33,152 bases of DNA from the IMG/VR virus record IMGVR_UViG_3300045988_073372; one strand, 5' to 3'. Position 1 is the stretch's first letter. Every line of letters begins with the position of its first letter. Shown here one piece after another: positions 31,598-33,152 of this stretch. Source of the DNA: a virus. The notes below the pieces were generated by a model. It ran no database searches. It saw only the letters and a program-made list of their open reading frames with translations, and was not told where the DNA came from. The position numbers and the translations under genes were made by a program.

Positions 31598-32314
31598 TTA
31601 CATCAGCACATGGCTCATCAACACTGCCGTGGTCACAGGCCCCACGCCGCCCTTGAAGGGGATGAGGTTGATCCCAGGATCGTACTCATCGTACCTATCA
31701 CCAACATAGTCCCCTCCTACGTTAATCACTGTGCATCCGCGAGTCACCCACGTCCAGTCCAGCAGTCCCTTTTGCCCGGATGCACATACGACAATATCCG
31801 CACCGGCTACCAGCTTAAGCAGGTTGCCCTTGTCCGTCTTGCTGTGGCACACCGTCACAGTGGCATCCCGAGCCAGCATGAGCATGGCCGTGGGCTTGCC
31901 TACACGTTCAGACCGCCCGATCACTACCGCATGTTTGCCCGCTATGGGGATATTGTAGTAGTCCAGCATACAGATGATCGCCTCGGCGGTGCAGGGAGTG
32001 TCTCTATAGATTTCCCCTTCGTATGCGCCCGCCCTGCCCCATACACTTTGCCCATCTACAGAGTGCATACCAACTTCCGTAGCGCATTCGCAGATGTCAA
32101 TCACATGCGTTTCTATGTATGCGTCCGACATGCAATCACTGCACTGCACATGTATTTTCCACCGCTCTGCTTCCTTCCTGATTGCCGCCAGATATTGCGG
32201 ATCTTCAGATCCGTCCACCAGTACGGTCAATGTCTGCTGCCACGCGTTTTCTTCGATCCGCTCTGCGTACTGCTCCCGCAGGGCATCCGCTACTGGTTTG
32301 CCGTACAGTATCAT
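31598..32314 (-). CDS. FolD-like protein (methylene-THF dehydrogenase/cyclohydrolase homolog), shortened
   Basis: Collinear by eye with bacterial FolD: ILYGKPVA..., PCTAEAIICMLDYYNIPIAGKHAVVIGRSERVGKP, VTVCHSKT, ADIVVCASGQ, VINVG, GGVGPVTTAVLM. It is 238 aa against about 285, and the DGILVQLPLP region is missing. Confidence 0.7.
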   Translation of the reverse strand: MILYGKPVADALREQYAERIEENAWQQTLTVLVDGSEDPQYLAAIRKEAERWKIHVQCSDCMSDAYIETHVIDICECATEVGMHSVDGQSVWGRAGAYEGEIYRDTPCTAEAIICMLDYYNIPIAGKHAVVIGRSERVGKPTAMLMLARDATVTVCHSKTDKGNLLKLVAGADIVVCASGQKGLLDWTWVTRGCTVINVGGDYVGDRYDEYDPGINLIPFKGGVGPVTTAVLMSHVLM

Positions 32315-32643
32315 GCAAGGTCCTCTTCATATATGATTTCCAGCCCATATGCTTTTGCGGCCTCATGTTCGATTTTGCATCCTCTGGCGTTTTCCCATCC
32401 CTTGCAAAAATACGCCGCATGGCACAGAGACATATTTTCCAGTGATTTCGCTAAAAAACATAGCGGTATCTGCACAACACCTCTGCTCTCCATTGCATCC
32501 TTGCCGTACCATTCGTTCGTAAACAGGGTATTGATGATTTCATATCCCTTTGCGGTGAGAGTGGCTATTGCACGTTCTCTGGTTGCTACGATTTCCTCGT
32601 TGGTTTTCCCTGCCATAGGCTGACTTAACATTGCTTTTTTCAT
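32311..32643 (-). CDS. DUF4406 / nucleoside 2-deoxyribosyltransferase-like protein
   Basis: MLSQPMAGKTNEEIVATRERAIATLTAKGYEIIN...AAYFCKGWENARGCKIEHEAAKAYGLEI pattern. Confidence 0.55.
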   Translation of the reverse strand: MKKAMLSQPMAGKTNEEIVATRERAIATLTAKGYEIINTLFTNEWYGKDAMESRGVVQIPLCFLAKSLENMSLCHAAYFCKGWENARGCKIEHEAAKAYGLEIIYEEDLA

Positions 32644-32723
32644 GGTTGATTTTCCTTTCGTTTTTTGTTTTTATAGATCGGCTATATGGCCGATCGCTGG
32701 TTTGCCGTATAAGATCATGTTGC

Positions 32724-33152
32724 CTACCTCACCGTTATCTTTATTTTCAGCTGTCTGCCGAGCCACTCCAAGCCGGTTTTTGTGAGATGATATGTTGCTC
32801 CACGCTCATTCCGATGGACTCTGAATAGGCACTCTGGCAATTTATCCAGCAGCCTGTTTCCCTCCGGCACGTCTCCGTAGTAGTTCCGGTATGCCCGATA
32901 AAAAGCCTTTCCGTGGCGATGATACGGGCGTTCGTAGTCCAGCCCCACCATGTGCTTGCAGATCTCTATGGCTCTGGCAAGTTCTTCCTCCGTCAAGTCC
33001 ATCTCAATGCCCATATCAAGCCCCATTGCACCCAGGTAGTTGCTGTATTCCTCATCTCGTTTTTCCACCCAGTTCCGGGGGTGTTTGCATCCTAATGCGC
33101 CATCCTTAAATTCGATCCCGTATGCTCCCTCTGCTTCCGGGCAGACATCTTC
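32724..33152 (-). CDS. 3' part of the junction-spanning gene; the 5' end runs off the window and is found at 1-152
   Basis: The ORF track starts it at GTG 33068, but the frame stays open to the window end. Via the 119-bp repeat it continues to ATG 152. C-terminal motif YERPYHRHGKAFYRAYRNYYGD. Confidence 0.7.
   Translation of the reverse strand, partial: EDVCPEAEGAYGIEFKDGALGCKHPRNWVEKRDEEYSNYLGAMGLDMGIEMDLTEEELARAIEICKHMVGLDYERPYHRHGKAFYRAYRNYYGDVPEGNRLLDKLPECLFRVHRNERGATYHLTKTGLEWLGRQLKIKITVR
33034..33152. repeat. Right copy of the 119-bp terminal direct repeat
   Basis: Identical to 1-119. Confidence 0.95.

Larger units (their letters stand above)
1..33152. mobile_element. Complete temperate tailed-phage genome (siphovirus-like, HK97-type head module), circularly closed; unique length 33,033 bp
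   Basis: Lysogeny, early/replication, packaging, head, tail and lysis modules are all present. nt 1-119 are identical to nt 33034-33152. One gene is only intact when the ends are joined. Confidence 0.9.

Noticed and set aside
32676-32695. Hairpin GATCGGC-TATATG-GCCGATC between two - strand genes, considered as a terminator
   Set aside because: No U-tract follows on the transcribed sense (it is A-rich). It may be a minor RNA structure or a methylation-site (GATC) palindrome, and the evidence is insufficient for any call.

Overview
The window is a complete, circularly closed temperate tailed-phage genome. The first 119 nt are identical to the last 119 nt, so the unique length is 33,033 bp. Strong AGGAGG-type ribosome-binding sites, frequent ATGA start/stop overlaps and the protein family flavour suggest a Firmicutes or Clostridia-type host; that is inference only.

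Layout:
- The + strand carries a lysogeny block at 5821-9366: two tandem paralogous XRE-type repressors, a membrane-anchored HTH protein, a membrane protein with a HIRAN-like domain, and a tyrosine integrase. An attP-like repeat region follows.
- Everything else is on the - strand. It starts from a divergent promoter at about 5700 and runs down through the window start, across the circular junction, and on to 9709.
- The early and replication genes are several small ORFs, an HTH protein, a NinB-like protein, SSB, a replisome organizer with embedded iterons, a DUF1064 protein and a MazG-like protein.
- A nucleotide-metabolism and regulatory group follows: DUF4406-like, a shortened FolD-like protein, a DUF1492/sigma-like late regulator, and a frameshifted DNA methyltransferase.
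- Packaging, head and tail genes come next: HNH, TerS, TerL, HK97-type portal, protease and capsid, head-tail joining genes, major tail protein, G/GT chaperone with a -1 frameshift, tape measure, Dit, Tal and a fibre.
- The lysis genes follow, and then an autonomous five-gene cassette next to attP.

Most interesting observations:
1. The promoter- and terminator-bracketed five-gene cassette at 9709-11720. It encodes a DUF5710-like protein, a hyper-acidic protein, an RHH protein and two unknowns, and is a candidate uncharacterised prophage-expressed system.
2. A dual-repressor immunity region with two operator types, an antisense promoter, and a small ORF that resembles the repressor C-terminus.
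3. Nine or more GGTT cores phased at exactly 11 bp inside the replisome-organizer gene, a likely origin.
4. A methyltransferase gene broken at a G6 tract.
5. A 133-nt structured intergenic element.
6. A perfect 13-bp-stem hairpin inside the RHH gene.

All family assignments come from reading the translated ORFs by eye. No database search was run.
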